A stretch of 64,000 nt of DNA from Octopus vulgaris (taxonomy: Eukaryota): NCBI GenBank assembly GCA_951406725.2, contig OX597817.1, forward strand, positions 23,188,001 through 23,252,000, given 5' to 3'. The notes below the pieces were generated by a model. That model did no database searches. It saw nothing but the letters and a program-made list of their open reading frames with translations, and had not been told where the DNA came from. Below are positions 27,259-43,350 of this stretch, in pieces; within the stretch, counting starts at the first letter, position 1, and every line of letters starts with the position of its first letter. The position numbers and the translations under genes are program-made.

Positions 27259-29186
27259 GGCTTATAAAGATAATGTGTGTACTACCAGAGAGACTGTCAA
27301 GTTCGGAACTGTTTGCCATGTCTACGGTAGAATCTGTTTTTCAATTAGTTTTTGTAATATCTGATAAAAGTAAAAGGAAAGAGATAAAAGGAAAAGAAAC
27401 TATCAAATCCTTTTTTTTATTGAAGGAAAGTGAAACTATTATCAACAAAAAAGATCGGTGTTTGTTGCAGAATTCATAAAATAACAGATAATAATCAGTG
27501 CTATGAACGAATTCTAACAAACCTTTCAACTTGCTATGAAAATGGCGTTCGAATGTACATTAGAGGGAAGTGTTAAAAAGAAAGAAAGAAAATAATGTAA
27601 AAAAGAAAGAGAAAATGGAAAGTGGCGCTTGATGACCAATTAAAACTATTTTGATATCTAATTATATTTTAGATATGATAACTTTCTCCATCACCGAAGT
27701 AATCTTTTCTTTCTTTCGCTCTTTATTTTTTTCTCTTTAGATACTTTTTTTTGATGGTCATCCCCCCCACTCCTACGTGTTTTAGATGGTACTTGAGTTT
27801 AACAGCTATAACAGATATAATTAGCACAACTACAAATCTTATCTAAGATGCAGCATCATTAACTGAGAGTAATGAAAATTAAAAAAATAAAAATAAAAAC
27901 AAAAGAGGAAAATGGTGGTGGTGGTCAGAATGATTTCAACATTAATACTGCAATAGAAAAATAAAATAAATAAACAGAAATTGAAAATGATAATTGATAA
28001 AAAACGAGTGAAAACAAAAGCTCAAAATCATTATCAAAAATGATGTAAACATTATAATTCAACGACTGATTGTTTGTTTGGTTAGTGTTGTTTATTTTTT
28101 TTCTTGACGTTAAGAAAGCTATGAAATAAAACACTAATAATATTTAGAAAACATTGACAAACCTATAATATGCATATCGGAGAAAAAATATTAGACTAAT
28201 TATACTTTTATTCATTTTAGTATTTGGTATTTAAACATCATTTGTTTCTGTCTGACATATGAATGAAATAAATGTATGTAAAAAGAACACACACAAACGT
28301 ACGAACACACACGCACACAATATGTATGTATATATGTATGCATGTATGTGTGAATATATGTATGTATGTATCCATCTATCTCTCTATCTATATATGTATA
28401 TGTATGTATATCTTCACACACACACACACTCACATATATATAGACACATGAATACATATACAAACATATAGTGCGTATGTGTGTATGTTTGTACGTTCGT
28501 GTGTGTGTGCATGAACGAAGATTTCCTTGTGTCCACTTTTCCCTCTACCCTCTCTTTTATAAATACGCTCACACCTTGAGATATACAATAATGTGTTCGC
28601 GTCAGATTTTCATAAGTTTGCGTGTGTATATCTATAAATGTATGTAGTAGTGTATATGCAATCTATGTATTTATATACGTATGTATATGTGCGTGCCTGT
28701 AAGCGTCTATATATGTACGTCTGAGGTTTTCAATATTTGTGTGATTTGTATTCAGAGAAACTCAACATATTTATCATATTTAATTGCAACTAACTGTCTA
28801 GATAAAGTCATTAAAAGAATTTCTAAAAACCAAAATTAAAACGTTATATTAATAATATTATTGGCTGGAAGAAAATATAAATATCGAACCGCCATTCTTT
28901 CTGGAAAACAAAAGTAGAAAAAAATAAAAATATTTAAAGACAAACAAAATGGAAATTTAACAAGTACGAAAAATCTCCTATTAGATTACGATAACAATCT
29001 TGGTGATTGATAATGCCGTTAGGGTTTGATATTCGATTAGATTAATGTTACACCTTCCATAAAATATTATCTTTCATTTGTATCATTATATCTATGTGAA
29101 TTTATATAATTTACAATCACATCACCTTTGTCTTTCACTCCCTTCTTTATCTATTTACACACACACACACACATGTATATATAGAA

Positions 29187-29236
<50 letters not shown>

Positions 29237-29393
29237 GTTTTTATGCATGTATATGTATGGAGATGTACATGCATAAATGTGCTGGCGTGTAAGAATACAT
29301 ACAAACGTACGTACGTAAGTGCGTATGAGAATACGTACATAGAATTATATATATGTGTTTATATTACATTTCCTTCTCTCTCTCAGTACATAC

Positions 29394-29427
<34 letters not shown>

Positions 29428-29819
29428 GTGTGTGTGAATGCAAGTTTGTGTGTGTATGATTACATATGTATACATGTATATGTGCTTGTCTGTGTGTGTG
29501 AGACTGTACTTGTGTGAGAGCAAGAGAATATATATTTCTTTATGTGCATATGTAAGACTGAATTAAGTGGTATATATGTAGCACGTTTGTCTTACTCTTT
29601 CTCCCTCTACGTATACATATACGCATGTATACACAGATTCAAAGTACACATACATGCATATACATTTTTGTATATTTATACATGCATATTTATATTTATA
29701 AGCATAATTAGATGTAAATATAGATATACATAAGTAGAGTTATATATTGATATGCATTAGTTACGTCTTAAAGAACTGTTTAACCTAAATGTGATGTTGC
29801 CTTCTTTCTATCTATCTGC

Positions 29820-30020
29820 CTGGGCGAAATGCGTATCCATATTTCGTCTGTCGTTACGTTCTGAGTTCAAATTCCGCCGAGGTCGACTTTGCCTTTCATC
29901 CTTTCGGGGTCGATAAATTAAGTACCAGTTACGCACTGGAGTCGATGCAATCGACTTAATCCGTTTGTCTGTCCTTGTTTGTCCCATCTGTGTTTAGCCC
30001 CTTGTGGGCAATAAAGAATT
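29820..30020 (+). mobile_element. SINE family B
   Basis: gttctgagttcaaattccgccgaggtcgactttgcc...ccccttgtgggcaataaagaa. Confidence 0.85.
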
Positions 30021-30254
30021 ATATCTCTCTGCCTGTCGGCTTATATGTCTGCTTATCCTTCTTCTTGTCCGTGTAACTGTCTGCCTCTTTCCTTCCTTGT
30101 CTCAGTCTCTCTTTCTTTCTTTCTTTCTCTCATTCTTTCTATATGCTCATAGAAGAGCATTACACATGTAAATTTATTGTTATTCTTATAGTCATTACAT
30201 GTCCGTTTTACATCTTGATATATATTTCCTTTGAACATTGTTTGTAATTGTTAC

Positions 30255-30460
30255 AAGGCAGCGAGTTGGGAAAATCGTTACCACGCCGGGGAAAATGCTT
30301 AGCAGCATTTCGTCTGATTTTACGCTCTGAACTCAAATTATGCCGAGGTCGATTTTGCCTTTCATACTTCTGGGTCGATAAACGAAGTGCCATTTGAGCA
30401 CTGGGGTCGATGTAATCAACATACACCATCTCTGAGAATTTCTGGTCGTGTGCCAAAATG
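30255..30460 (+). mobile_element. SINE family B variant
   Basis: aggcagcgagttgg...aactcaaattatgccgaggtcg. Confidence 0.75.
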
Positions 30461-31064
30461 TTAAATCAGCATTTTGCAATTCTTCCTCGCTTAGCTCTCT
30501 ATGAGTCTACGTCTCCCATTCTGTATTTCGTAACCCATTTTATATAAACCTTCTACCATCTGAATATAATATTCGTTTGATTTGCTGCCACGCAAATACG
30601 CCACCGAATTATTTTTAAAATAAGTACAGTGTCGATGACATTCATACTTTTAAGAATGCATACACACAGGAATATATATATATATATATAAAATTAATGC
30701 ATACACACACATATACACATAAATATATATGTGTACATAAATACACAAATATAAATATATAAATATTATGATGCCTTGTAATAATTACTTAGTGTAATCA
30801 GATAGACAAACGAACCACACAAGATTCACTACAGTAAATCAGCATTTATAAAACTTCATTTATAACTAGGAGAACGACAACTTGGGGAAAGTAGAATATG
30901 AATGACTTAATCAATAGTCTATCACATGAAGGCTTATGAACCCACCAACGAATACTTGGGAAATAAATAATCAAGTAGTATAAGTCTTTTTAGAACAGAA
31001 TACATTTACATTTGTAATTCAGTACGACGACTTATTGACAATGAGAGCTAAAGAATGATAATCT

Positions 31065-31195
31065 TTTCTACTATAGGAACAAGGCCTGAAATTTTGGGGG
31101 ATGGTGCCAGTCGATTACATCAACCCCGGTGTTTCACTGGTGCTTAAATTTTCGTTCCCGAAAACTTAAAAGGCAACATCAACCTCGGTGGAAAA
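31065..31195 (-). mobile_element. SINE family B-related 3' fragment
   Basis: gtcgattacatcaacccc...aaaggcaacatcaacctcgg. Confidence 0.55.
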
Positions 31196-31492
31196 GCTAA
31201 AAAATTATAATATTAACAGAAACAAAAATGCGAAGCTGACCGCTGAAATATATAACATTGAAGGAAATATCAAATTAAACTAAGACATCTACAGATGGTT
31301 CTAATAAGACACCAGAAACAAGAAAGTAATAAAAACTTTCATAGACCATAAAAATGCCCTGAATAAAAAATGAATATCAAACCGTCGTGTGTATCGACAG
31401 AAAACTATTGCTGAATGGAGATTTCATTGGTTGGGGACTCGAACCACCTAAGAAAGAATTCAGTATAAATAAATAATCTGTACTCTATACAG

Positions 31493-31800
31493 TGAAGGCA
31501 CATGACTTAGAGCCTCGAGCTTACGATCGTGACGTTGTGAGTTCGAATCCCAGACCGGGTTGCGTTTTGTTTTCTTGAGCAAGACACTTTTTTTCACGTT
31601 GCTCCAGTTCACTCAGCTGTAGAAATGAGTTGCGACGTCACGGGTGCCAAGCTGCATCGGCCTTTGCCTTTCCCTTGGATAACACTGGTGGCGTAGAGAG
31701 GGGAGGCCGGTATGCATGGGCGACTGCTGGTCTTCCTTGCCCGGACTTGTAACTTTCTAGGTGCAATCCCATAGTCAGTCATGACCGAAGGGGGTTTCAG
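31493..31800 (+). mobile_element. tRNA-headed SINE family D
   Basis: tgaaggcacatgacttag...gagttcgaatccc (B box)...gcaagacactt...ctccagttcactcagctg. Confidence 0.8.
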
Positions 31801-33381
31801 CACTCCATACATTTTGAGTTTCTTTCTGTCCTCTTGAAAATATAACATTCACTGACACACACATATATTGGCAAGTTCCCATAAGCATTCATACACACAC
31901 GCACACCACGGTAGGCTTCCCTCCCCGAAACAAGCGCAAAAGGTCGTAATACTTTTCTAATTAAAATTTATAATATATCCCTCTATGTAACTTGACAATA
32001 TTTCAGTAAATGTTACAGTTTTAAATTCTTATGAAGAATATATCGTCAGAATATTTTGATAAAAAAATGTTAAAACCTATCAATATCAAATTCACATGAA
32101 GGAAGTTAGGTATTTCTTTAATCCTCTATAAATAGTAAAACAAAAATATTTTGAAAATGAGCATATGACCTGAAAACAGCACTCTGAGTTCAAGAAATAA
32201 CGATAAAATAATTAGTTGAAATTGGGAGAAAGCAGGGTTTAGCTTTGTCATTGGTGGACGTTTATAAAAGAATTAAAAAATAGAAAATAAATGAATTTAG
32301 ATAACAAAATAAACTATTGTCCGCGTGTTTGGTCAATATTAGATCGTCTGTAAAGACCTGCTACAATCAAGACCAAAACGTAAACCGTATATCTAAATAG
32401 TGATAGAAGTTGCTTACTATTTAAATGAGTATTTTGGGTGTAATCACACAAATAGTGGAACACTACCACGAACATCTCCTCTAAACGGTCATTTTTTACA
32501 TGAAAATGATAATGCACAGTATTAAAAACAAAACAATTACGAAAAACTTTTCTTAATTTTATTATAACTTTTTTCCGTATCAAATCTGTCCATATACTAG
32601 TATGGTAATACACATCGTTTTCTGCCATATTAATCAAACGGCTTTTACTGAGGTCATGAACTTCATACTCTGATTTGGACTTGACACTGTGGAACAGTCT
32701 AGACATATAAAACCTATTGAAAATGTATAGTAGATGATGAAATCGAGTCAAAATGAAGAGCTTTTAAAAGCATGGAATCTTTATGTGTTGCACTTCAGAA
32801 AGACTGATGCAAATTAGAATCTGCTTTATTAAAAACATATGCTGACCTTTATGATTTTATCGATCAAAGAAATAAAAATATAAATCGAAATATTCATGTC
32901 TAGAGAATCAATTATTAAAGAGTCAGTTATGAATAAATATGATAAATTCAACTTTTGTTAAAACTGCAATAAAATGAAAATGATTTATTCGAATACCGTA
33001 CGTTCAAAGTGAAGAATTTCGCAGAATTTGTAATTACATATACTACTAGTTGTCCTGTAAAGGACTCATATGTAGATAAGTTTGATAGAGAGAGCTCAGA
33101 CTGAACACGAGTAATCCCACTGCGCGGATATAGAGAGCTACCGTTGATATTAATAACTTTAGGACTGGCGGAATATTACAGCGCCATAGCGACTGGTTAA
33201 ACCTAATCAGAATCTGCCTTTTGTTATATCGTTACATGACACTGCCTATTTCATTCTATGTTTATTGCATTTGTTTGTCAGGAAACCAAAATATGCGTGT
33301 AACTTATAGATGAGTATGTGTATGTCGACATGACTGGATATGTATGTATATGTATATATATATATATATATCTGTGTGTGT

Positions 33382-33660
33382 GAAGGACTCCTAGCCTTTG
33401 TTAGGGCATCCTTCTAGGAGAAGGTAACTCAGGTGACTGGGATAACTCGGACATAAAACCTGCAGCTCAGTGGTTACCGATGATGTTTACTTGTTCTTCT
33501 TTTCGGATTATGGCTGCTGTTGCTTAGTGAGTGGGATTGACTCAGTGCACAGCCTTTCCTCACTTTAAAAAAAAATCTTCTTGCACAGTCATTGCATGAT
33601 AACAACATTGATTAAGCTTCATACAATGGCCATACTCGATAACGAGGGGGTGGCCACTAT
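33382..33660. repeat. Unclassified interspersed repeat between microsatellites
   Basis: GC-richer island flanked by (TG)n and (TA)n. Confidence 0.3.
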
Positions 33661-33718
33661 ATACATACATATATATATATATATATACAAGAGTTACGGA
33701 ACGGAGAACGGGAAATTC

Positions 33719-33782
<64 letters not shown>

Positions 33783-33892
33783 TTGTATATATATATATGC
33801 ATGTGCGTATATATATATGTATGTATATATGTAGATATACTTCTTTCTCTCTCCTGTTCTCTCTCAGTCCCTCTATCTATTTACATGCATAC

Positions 33893-33934
<42 letters not shown>

Positions 33935-34556
33935 ATGTGTGTGCGTGCGTGTATATATATTTTACACAAATATGTATATATTAAGCTAAACGGAACTAAG
34001 TGAAATATAAGTGGTCAGTATCCTGAATTTGAAAAGCAGCATCAAATAAAATAATATTAAGTCCCTCATTACCATTCTGGTTAACTATTTTATCTATCAA
34101 ATTTATTTCCAATACCGTATGTATATGTGCTATGTGGTTGCGTGCATTAAGCTTAGCAGAATTGTAACTGAATATACTTACATGTATGTATAATATGCTC
34201 TCGTAACGAAGTGAATAGCTGAGGAATATGTCAAAAGATTGTCTAAATAAAAGCACAGTGAACCATATAGAAAGAGGCAGAAACGAAAAATTGAACTCGC
34301 CAAAATCGAAGAATCGTGTAGTATCCGTACGAATTACGTACACATAAAACAGAAACTACATGAGTTGTTACAAGCTTAAAATCACTCTCTCCATCAAAAA
34401 TTATAAAATTACCAAATACGGTACACTCCCATATTTACTTACATACACGCACATACAAAAAACATACACACACACAAACATATCTCTATAGATACACTCA
34501 TCTATACAGACATATATGTGTACGTACATACATCATAATACATATCTATATATCTC

Positions 34557-34639
<83 letters not shown>

Positions 34640-34652
34640 CTGTATATATGTA

Positions 34653-34714
<62 letters not shown>

Positions 34715-35401
34715 CATTAATGTGTGTTTGCACGGTGGTATTTCCTGCTGTACGTTTACGTATGTGAGTATATACTAACACACATCCACACACACACATA
34801 TGTTTATATGTATAAATTATATTGTTTTCTACTTATATCTCTTTCATAGTCATTCGCACAACGGATGTTTTAGTAGGACGGAAAATTTGAATTATATAAC
34901 AAGTAATAGAGAAACTTAAGCAGTTAATCATTAAAACAAAACAAACAAGTATAATGGCAAAATGTATTTCAGTAAATATAAAATATAAGGAGACAACCAA
35001 AATAAATAGGGAATGCTATATCTCCAATACTTCAAAGATGATAATTATAGGTTTTGAATATTTTTCCCTACTATCATTTCTGAAAGCAATTTTACAAAAG
35101 ATGCAATCGTAAAGTGTTCATAGCTTTGTATTGTAAACAAAGGACTACCATACGTTAACCCATCCACGCCACACTTACTAGTTTTAATGTGGCATAGAAA
35201 TGGGTGATCGTGATGTCCATCCTGTTCTTTAGGATATTAGCGGCTAATTGAATCTACTGTTGTTTCCGAAATGAAAATTGATGCTTCAAATTTACGACGC
35301 GAATAATTCAACACGGAAGTTATAACTATTGACTGGGCATCGCAGCTGTATTAAGCGAGAGGAGATGAAAATTGAACGAGGAGCTGTTCATTCTGTATTT
35401 C

Positions 35402-36151
35402 GATAAATGACGTTATAGACACATATAATGCTTCAAATGTTTGCTGAAATCATGTCTTGAGTCTTGGTATTTATATATTCTTTTGTTTCTGAAATTATAT
35501 AGTACTTTATCATACATGAGAATATACATATGACAAAATAGATCAGCTATGCTTATGATGTTAAATACATAAGAGCTTTATATGAAGCCATCGTGGGTGA
35601 TAGGGAAGGAAGCACTCCGTCTGTTACGACGACGAGGGTTCGTGATATTAACGTGCAAGTGGCTGAGCACTCCACAGACACGTGTACCCTTAACGTAGTT
35701 CTCGGGGATATTCAGCGTGACACAGAGAGTCCATTTGAAATACAGGTACAACAGAAACAGGAATTAAGAGTGAGAGAAAGTTGTGGTGAAAGAGTACAGC
35801 AGGGATCACCACCATCCCTGCCGGAGCCTCGTGGAGCTTTAGGTGTTTTCGCTCAATAAACACTCACAATGCCCGGTCTGGGAATCGAAACCGCGATTCT
35901 TCGACCGCGAGTCCGCTGCCCTAACCACTGGGCCATTGCGCCTCCATTTAGATAAATGACCTTATAGACACATATAATGCTTCAAACGTTTGCTGAAATC
36001 ATGTCTTGAGTTTTGGTATTTATATATTCTATTGTTTCTGACATTATATAGTGCTTTATCATACATGAAAATATACATATGACAAAATAGATCAGCTATG
36101 CTTATGATGTTAAATACATAAGAGCTTTATATGAAGCCATCGTGGGTGATA
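35402..36151. repeat. 201-bp direct repeat flanking a SINE
   Basis: 35402-35602 matches 35951-36151 with 7 substitutions counted. Confidence 0.95.
35603..35946 (-). mobile_element. SINE family C
   Basis: Highly similar to 21490-21871. Confidence 0.9.
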
Positions 36152-36639
36152 ATCCTTTTTACAATAATGAATTCAAATTATCTGGATATTCACAACTGGA
36201 AAATATTCAGAAATGCATGCTTACAAAGATGCTAGCAAATATACGTAATGAATTCGATTAAGAAATCTTAATAAACTAAATTTATAACGATAATGTTACT
36301 TACTTGAGAGGGAACACAGTCCCTGAATGCTAATAACTAAAAGTTGGTGAAACACTCAATGAATTCCGATATTTGGCAGGACGTTTACACGACAAGTCAT
36401 ATTTCTGTCTTCTAAAACATCTTCAGTGAGGTGTAATTTAAATGTTAATGGCTGATGTTAAGCTGAACAGCGGGAGATTAAGATAGAAATGCATGCTGCC
36501 AGAGATATAGGCAAATTAAATTCTTCGTAAATAAAGGATTTCTTATGAAAAGAAACATGTTTTGGTCAGGTGTAATGTAATATGTATGTGTGTGTTTGTG
36601 AGTTCATCTGTTTCTGTGTGTGCTTGTGTGTGTGTGTGT

Positions 36640-36817
36640 GTGTAAGTGTGTGTATGTGTATGATAGGATTTGTTGAGTTTCTGCCTACCACGTCAACTCA
36701 CTAGTCTTTGATCGGCAAGTGGCTATAATAGAAGATACTTACCGAGGTGCTACGCAATGGCACTGAACCCAGAACCCTGCGAATGGGAAACAAACCACTT
36801 ACCACATAGCCACACCT
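36640..36817 (-). mobile_element. SINE family A, diverged head
   Basis: gaggtgctacgcaatggcactgaaccc...ttaccacatagccac. Confidence 0.65.
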
Positions 36818-37080
36818 ATATGGCCTAGTGGTTAGGACAGCGGATTTGCGGTCGTAGGATCGCGGTTTCAATTCTCAGACCGGGCGTTATGAGTATTTAT
36901 TGAGCAAAAACGCTCAAAGCTCCACGAGGCTCTGGCAGAGTGTGGTGGCGAACCCAGCTGTACTCCTTCACCACAACTTTCTCCTGTTTCTGTTGTACCT
37001 CTGTTTCAAAGGCCCAGCCTTGTCACACACTGTGTCACCGTGAATCTCCCCGACAACTACGTTAAGGATATACGTGTCTG
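36818..37080 (+). mobile_element. SINE family C
   Basis: tggcctagtggttaggacagcgg...aaagctccacgaggctc. Confidence 0.85.
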
Positions 37081-37094
37081 TATCACAACGATTA

Positions 37095-37415
37095 ACTGGC
37101 ACACCGTCGGTTGCGACGATGAGAGTTTCAGTTGATTTGATCAACAGATCGGCTTCCTCGTGTAATTAACGTGCAAGTGGCTGAGCACTCCACAGACATG
37201 CGTATCCTTAATGTAGTTCTCAGAAAGATTCAGGCTGTCACCGAATGTGATAAGGCTGGCCCTTTGAAATACAGGTACTACTCAATTTTCCCAGCTGAGT
37301 GGACTGGAGCAATGTGAAATAAAGTGTCTTGCTCAAGGACACAACGCGTCGCCCAAAATTGAACTCCCGACTTTATGACCGTGAGCCAAATAGCCTAAAA
37401 ACTAAGCCACGCGCC

Positions 37416-37418
<3 letters not shown>
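37095..37418 (-). mobile_element. SINE with family D head and family C-type tail
   Basis: actaagccacgcgccttca head; gtggctgagcactccacagac tail shared with family C. Confidence 0.75.
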
Positions 37419-37495
<77 letters not shown>

Positions 37496-37753
37496 TGTGT
37501 GTGTGTGCACTGTATTATTATATACATGCATATACTGTTAGTAATATACACATGTGCTTTTGCCGAGTTTGCGTAAATACATACATACATACATTTTGCC
37601 GATTCGCAAATTTACGAGAACGTAAACAGAGTAATATCGGCTGTCAAGTGATGGTGCGGGTACAAACACAACACAGACACACACGCAAATGTGTGTGCGT
37701 GTGTGTATGTGTGTGTGTGTATAAATACACATGCATATGCGTGTGTAAGTGCG

Positions 37754-37823
<70 letters not shown>

Positions 37824-37841
37824 GTATATATATATAGGTAA

Positions 37842-38052
37842 AAACCCCCTTCGGTCATGTGTGACCATGGGTTTGCACCTAGAGAGTTACCCTCTGAGGC
37901 ACAAGTCTGGCAAGGTTGTTTTTATGGAAGACCAGCAGTCGCCCATGCATACCGGCCTCCCTCTCCACGCCACCAGTGTTATCCAAGGGAAAGACAAAGG
38001 TCGATACAGCTTGGCACCAGTGACGTCGCAACTCATTTCTACAGCTGAGTGA
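37842..38052 (-). mobile_element. SINE family D 3' half
   Basis: Reverse complement of 31608-31795. Confidence 0.8.
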
Positions 38053-38083
38053 ACATATATATATACATATAAACGTATATAGA

Positions 38084-39954
<1,871 letters not shown>

Positions 39955-39957
<3 letters not shown>

Positions 39958-40680
39958 TAAAGGGTAAAATATAATTAATTTAATAAAATCAAAAAATTTC
40001 ACTAAGTAGTATTTTTTCGGTATGGAAAAGGACCATCTTCTGTAAAATAATATAAATAATTATAACAATGAGGGTCTTTGCAACAGAGAAATAAGCTGGA
40101 AAATAATAAAGGAGAAATATAGAGTGATATGCGAATTAAAACATAAGCTTAAAGGCTTGGAAATTGATATATCTAGTGGAATTGAAATATAAGAAGAAAA
40201 TCAATGTTCAAATTATATATAATGGTAGATATCACTTACATATGAACTAAAGGTATGTTTTTGGCAATATTTACATCGATAAGCACGCTTTATAACCGTG
40301 TTTACAAGGGGATTCTTAGAAAATAGAATGGAAAATATTTCACTATTACAAAATTGGCAGAATTTTTTGCCTTTATCATATGGTAATGAAATGGAGAGCA
40401 TCAACCTATCTAAATTGAATTGTTTATCATAGTCTTTTAAATACCAAATTAATTTACTAAGCCCTGGACTGTTGCCTTATAACTATCCCTAAATTTAGAG
40501 TAATGATTAGAAATTCTTTTAGATATCTGAGAAGAACTACTTGTATAAAAAAGACATCGGTACCTGAAGTAATTTTACACTGGTATATAGAGTTTTTAAA
40601 TCTTATAATTACTAGACATAAACTTAATTCCAACAGAATTTATCTATTTTCTCCGTGTTAATAATTGTGAACAAAGGAAA
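39955..40680 (-). mobile_element. Decayed PLE (Neptune-like) GIY-YIG region and 3' end
   Basis: SIYQCKITS...KLIWYLKDY...LPYDKGKKFCQFCNSEIFSIL...LVNTVIKRAYRCKY; degenerate HHR cagaaga-tggt...acc-gaaa at about 40012-40045; abuts (TA)n. Confidence 0.7.
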
Positions 40681-40693
40681 AATACACGCATCC

Positions 40694-40758
<65 letters not shown>

Positions 40759-40799
40759 CATACATATACATACATACGTACATACATATATATCTAAAG

Positions 40800-41165
40800 T
40801 CTTATCCTCTCCAGCGCAGGCGTGCGCGCTGCATCCTCTGCATGGTGTGGAATAAATTTCATCAGCATTGTCCAAATGATGTTAGCCTCGCCTTAAAGAT
40901 AGACCCAAGACTTAGACTCCATAATATCCGCCCACATAATAAACCATACTTGCATCACATAACAACAGTACGACACAATTATTTCACCTTAATTGGCCCC
41001 GCTCTTTTTAACATTACACCGAAGCACATTCAAGAAGAAAGAGATCCCCTAAATTTTAAGAAGATTTTGGACAAATTCCTTCAAAAAATCCCGGATAAAC
41101 CTCCTGCACCTGAATATATCTCCATAAACAACAACTATCTCCACGAGTGGGCTGTGCAATCCGAT
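40800..41165 (+). mobile_element. CR1/L2-group LINE ORF2 C-terminal fragment
   Basis: LQRRR...[12 protein letters not shown]...[16 protein letters not shown]. Confidence 0.75.
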
Positions 41166-41169
41166 TCCA

Positions 41170-42712
41170 GAACGGTCTTCCCACAGACCTAGTGCACCTA
41201 GCAAGCTGCCCGTAGAGTATGTCCTTGGGGATTCTGCCATTTTCCATACAGTTAACATGTCCAAGCCATCTCATACGGCTTTGTGTGAGGAGTGCAAACA
41301 TGCTTAGTATTCCTGCTTGCTTGAGGACATCTTTGTTGGGGACATGATTCTGCCATTTGATGCGAAGGATTTTCTGGAGACAGCGCAGGTGTATGGGCGT
41401 GTGTATGGCGTCCAATTCTCACTTCCATACAGTAGAGTGCTAAGTACACATGCCTGGTAAATCTTCATTTTTGTGGTCTTGGTCAACTTATTGTCGTCCC
41501 ATGCCCGTTTGGATAGTTGGGCCATCACAGCAGCTGCCTTGCCAATGCGTATATTGAGCTCAGCATCAAGGAATCGGTTGTAGGTGACGGTAAAGCTAAG
41601 ATAGTTAAACTTCTCCACCTCTTGTAGTCTGTGGTCTCCAATATGTACGTTTGGGATGTCCGATGTAGCCTGACCCATGATGTTGGTCTTCTTGAGGCTG
41701 ATAACTAAGCCAAAGTCGCTACATGCTTGCTCAAAACAGTTGAAGAGCCTTTGTAGGGCTTCTTCTGTGTGGGATACAAGAGAGGCATCATTAGCAAATA
41801 GCACCTCCTTGATCAGGACGCTTCTGATTTTGGTCTTGATACGCAGATGCAAGAGTGAATAGTTTCCCGTCACTTCTACTGTGCAGAAACACTCCATCAT
41901 CTGATGTCTGAAAGGCACGTGACAGCAGCAGCGAGAAGAAGATGCCAAATAATGTAGGAGCAAGGCCACAACCTTGCTTTACGTCGTTTTCTATTTGGAA
42001 GGCGGCTGACGTTGAACCATTGTGCTGTATGGTCATCATGGAAAGATTGGATGATGCTCAGCAGCTTTGGTGGACATCCGATTTTTTGGAGCAGGATGAG
42101 GAGGCCTTTTCTACTTACAAAGTCAAAGGCCTTTGTCAGATCAATGAATGCCATCTATATTGGCATTTTCTGCTCTCTGGACTTCTCCTGAAGTTGGCTT
42201 ATGGAGAATATCATGTCAATAGTTGATCTGCTTCTTCTAAAGCCACACTGCGATTCTGGATAAATTCGAAAAGCAAGCAATTGTAGCCAGGACAGGATAA
42301 CGCGAGCAAAGTCCTTTCCAACAGTGCTTAGAAGAGATATTCCACGGTAATTGTTACAATCGCCACGTTCACCCTTCTTTTTGTAAAGCGTAATGATGTT
42401 AGCATCACGCATATATTGAGAGACTACTCTCTCCCCAGCACTGACACAGAAGCTAATGAAAGTGCCGAAGCAGGATAGCGTTTTTGCCGGTTTTGATGAT
42501 ATCTAAGGGAATGACGTTTTTTCCCGGAGCCTTGTTACTTGCTAGGGAGCCAATAGTCTTGGTGAGCTCTGCTATAGATGGCAAACTGTCAAGTTCACAC
42601 ACGACTGGCAAGATCTTGACATCCTCGAGTGCAGCCTCAGCTACCGTGGTCTGCCGTGAATAGAGATCCTGCTAGTACTCCACCCATCTATCCATTTGCT
42701 TGATTTGGTCCT
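41170..42712 (-). mobile_element. RTE (BovB-like) LINE reverse transcriptase, frameshifted
   Basis: DANIITLYKKKGERGDCNNYRGISLL, ESQCGFR, FIDLTKAFD, VKQGC.LAP, LFANDA, STLLYGSE, RWLGHV..M..GRIPKDILYG. Confidence 0.95.
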
Positions 42713-43350
42713 TGGTTTCTCTCTTTCACTCTTTTTGCTTTCCTTTTTTTCTTTTTCTTTCTCTTGTCTTTTTAGTTCTTTGTCTGTTGTCTCTCTACCT
42801 TATGCCTTATGTTCTTTTCCTGTTGTTTCTTTTTCCTTCAGTGTACTATCCTTTCCTTTCTCTTGACTCTCTTTTGGTTCTTTTTCTATTGCTTCTCTAC
42901 GTTGTGACTTTTGTTCTTTTACTGTTAATTTTTTCCCTTTGTTTTCATTTTCCTTCGGTGTACTGTCATTTTCTTTCTCTTGTCGTTTTTCCGTTATTTC
43001 CGTTATTAGTGCACTGTTTTTTCCTTCGTGTTCTTTTTTTTTCTCTTTATTGTTTTCTTCTGTTGTCTCTCCAATCTGTATCTTATTTTGTTCCATTTCT
43101 TTCTCCACTGTGAATTCATATAGCGGACATCCTGCTCTTATATGACCTCTTGTTCTGCATAAGTAACAGTTCGGCCTTATTCCCTCTACAATTACGCCAA
43201 TTGTCCTTTCATTTTCTACCTCTATCTGATAGGAAATTCGTTCTATATCTTCTATTGTGGCCATCAGCCACAACTCCACACCGAATCCCTTCCAGTTGGC
43301 GACGTTGGTCTCTGTGATCGACCCCACTTCCATTTCCTCTTCAGCCGACC
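42713..43350 (-). mobile_element. Gag-like ORF1 fragment with CCHC zinc knuckle (L1/Tx1-like)
   Basis: ORF 42800-43333 contains CYLCRTRGHIRAGC (CX2CX4HX4C) followed by a K/E-rich tract. Confidence 0.6.

Noticed and set aside
32314-32751. 145-aa minus-strand ORF
   Set aside because: No recognisable motif and a non-ATG start; compatible with chance.
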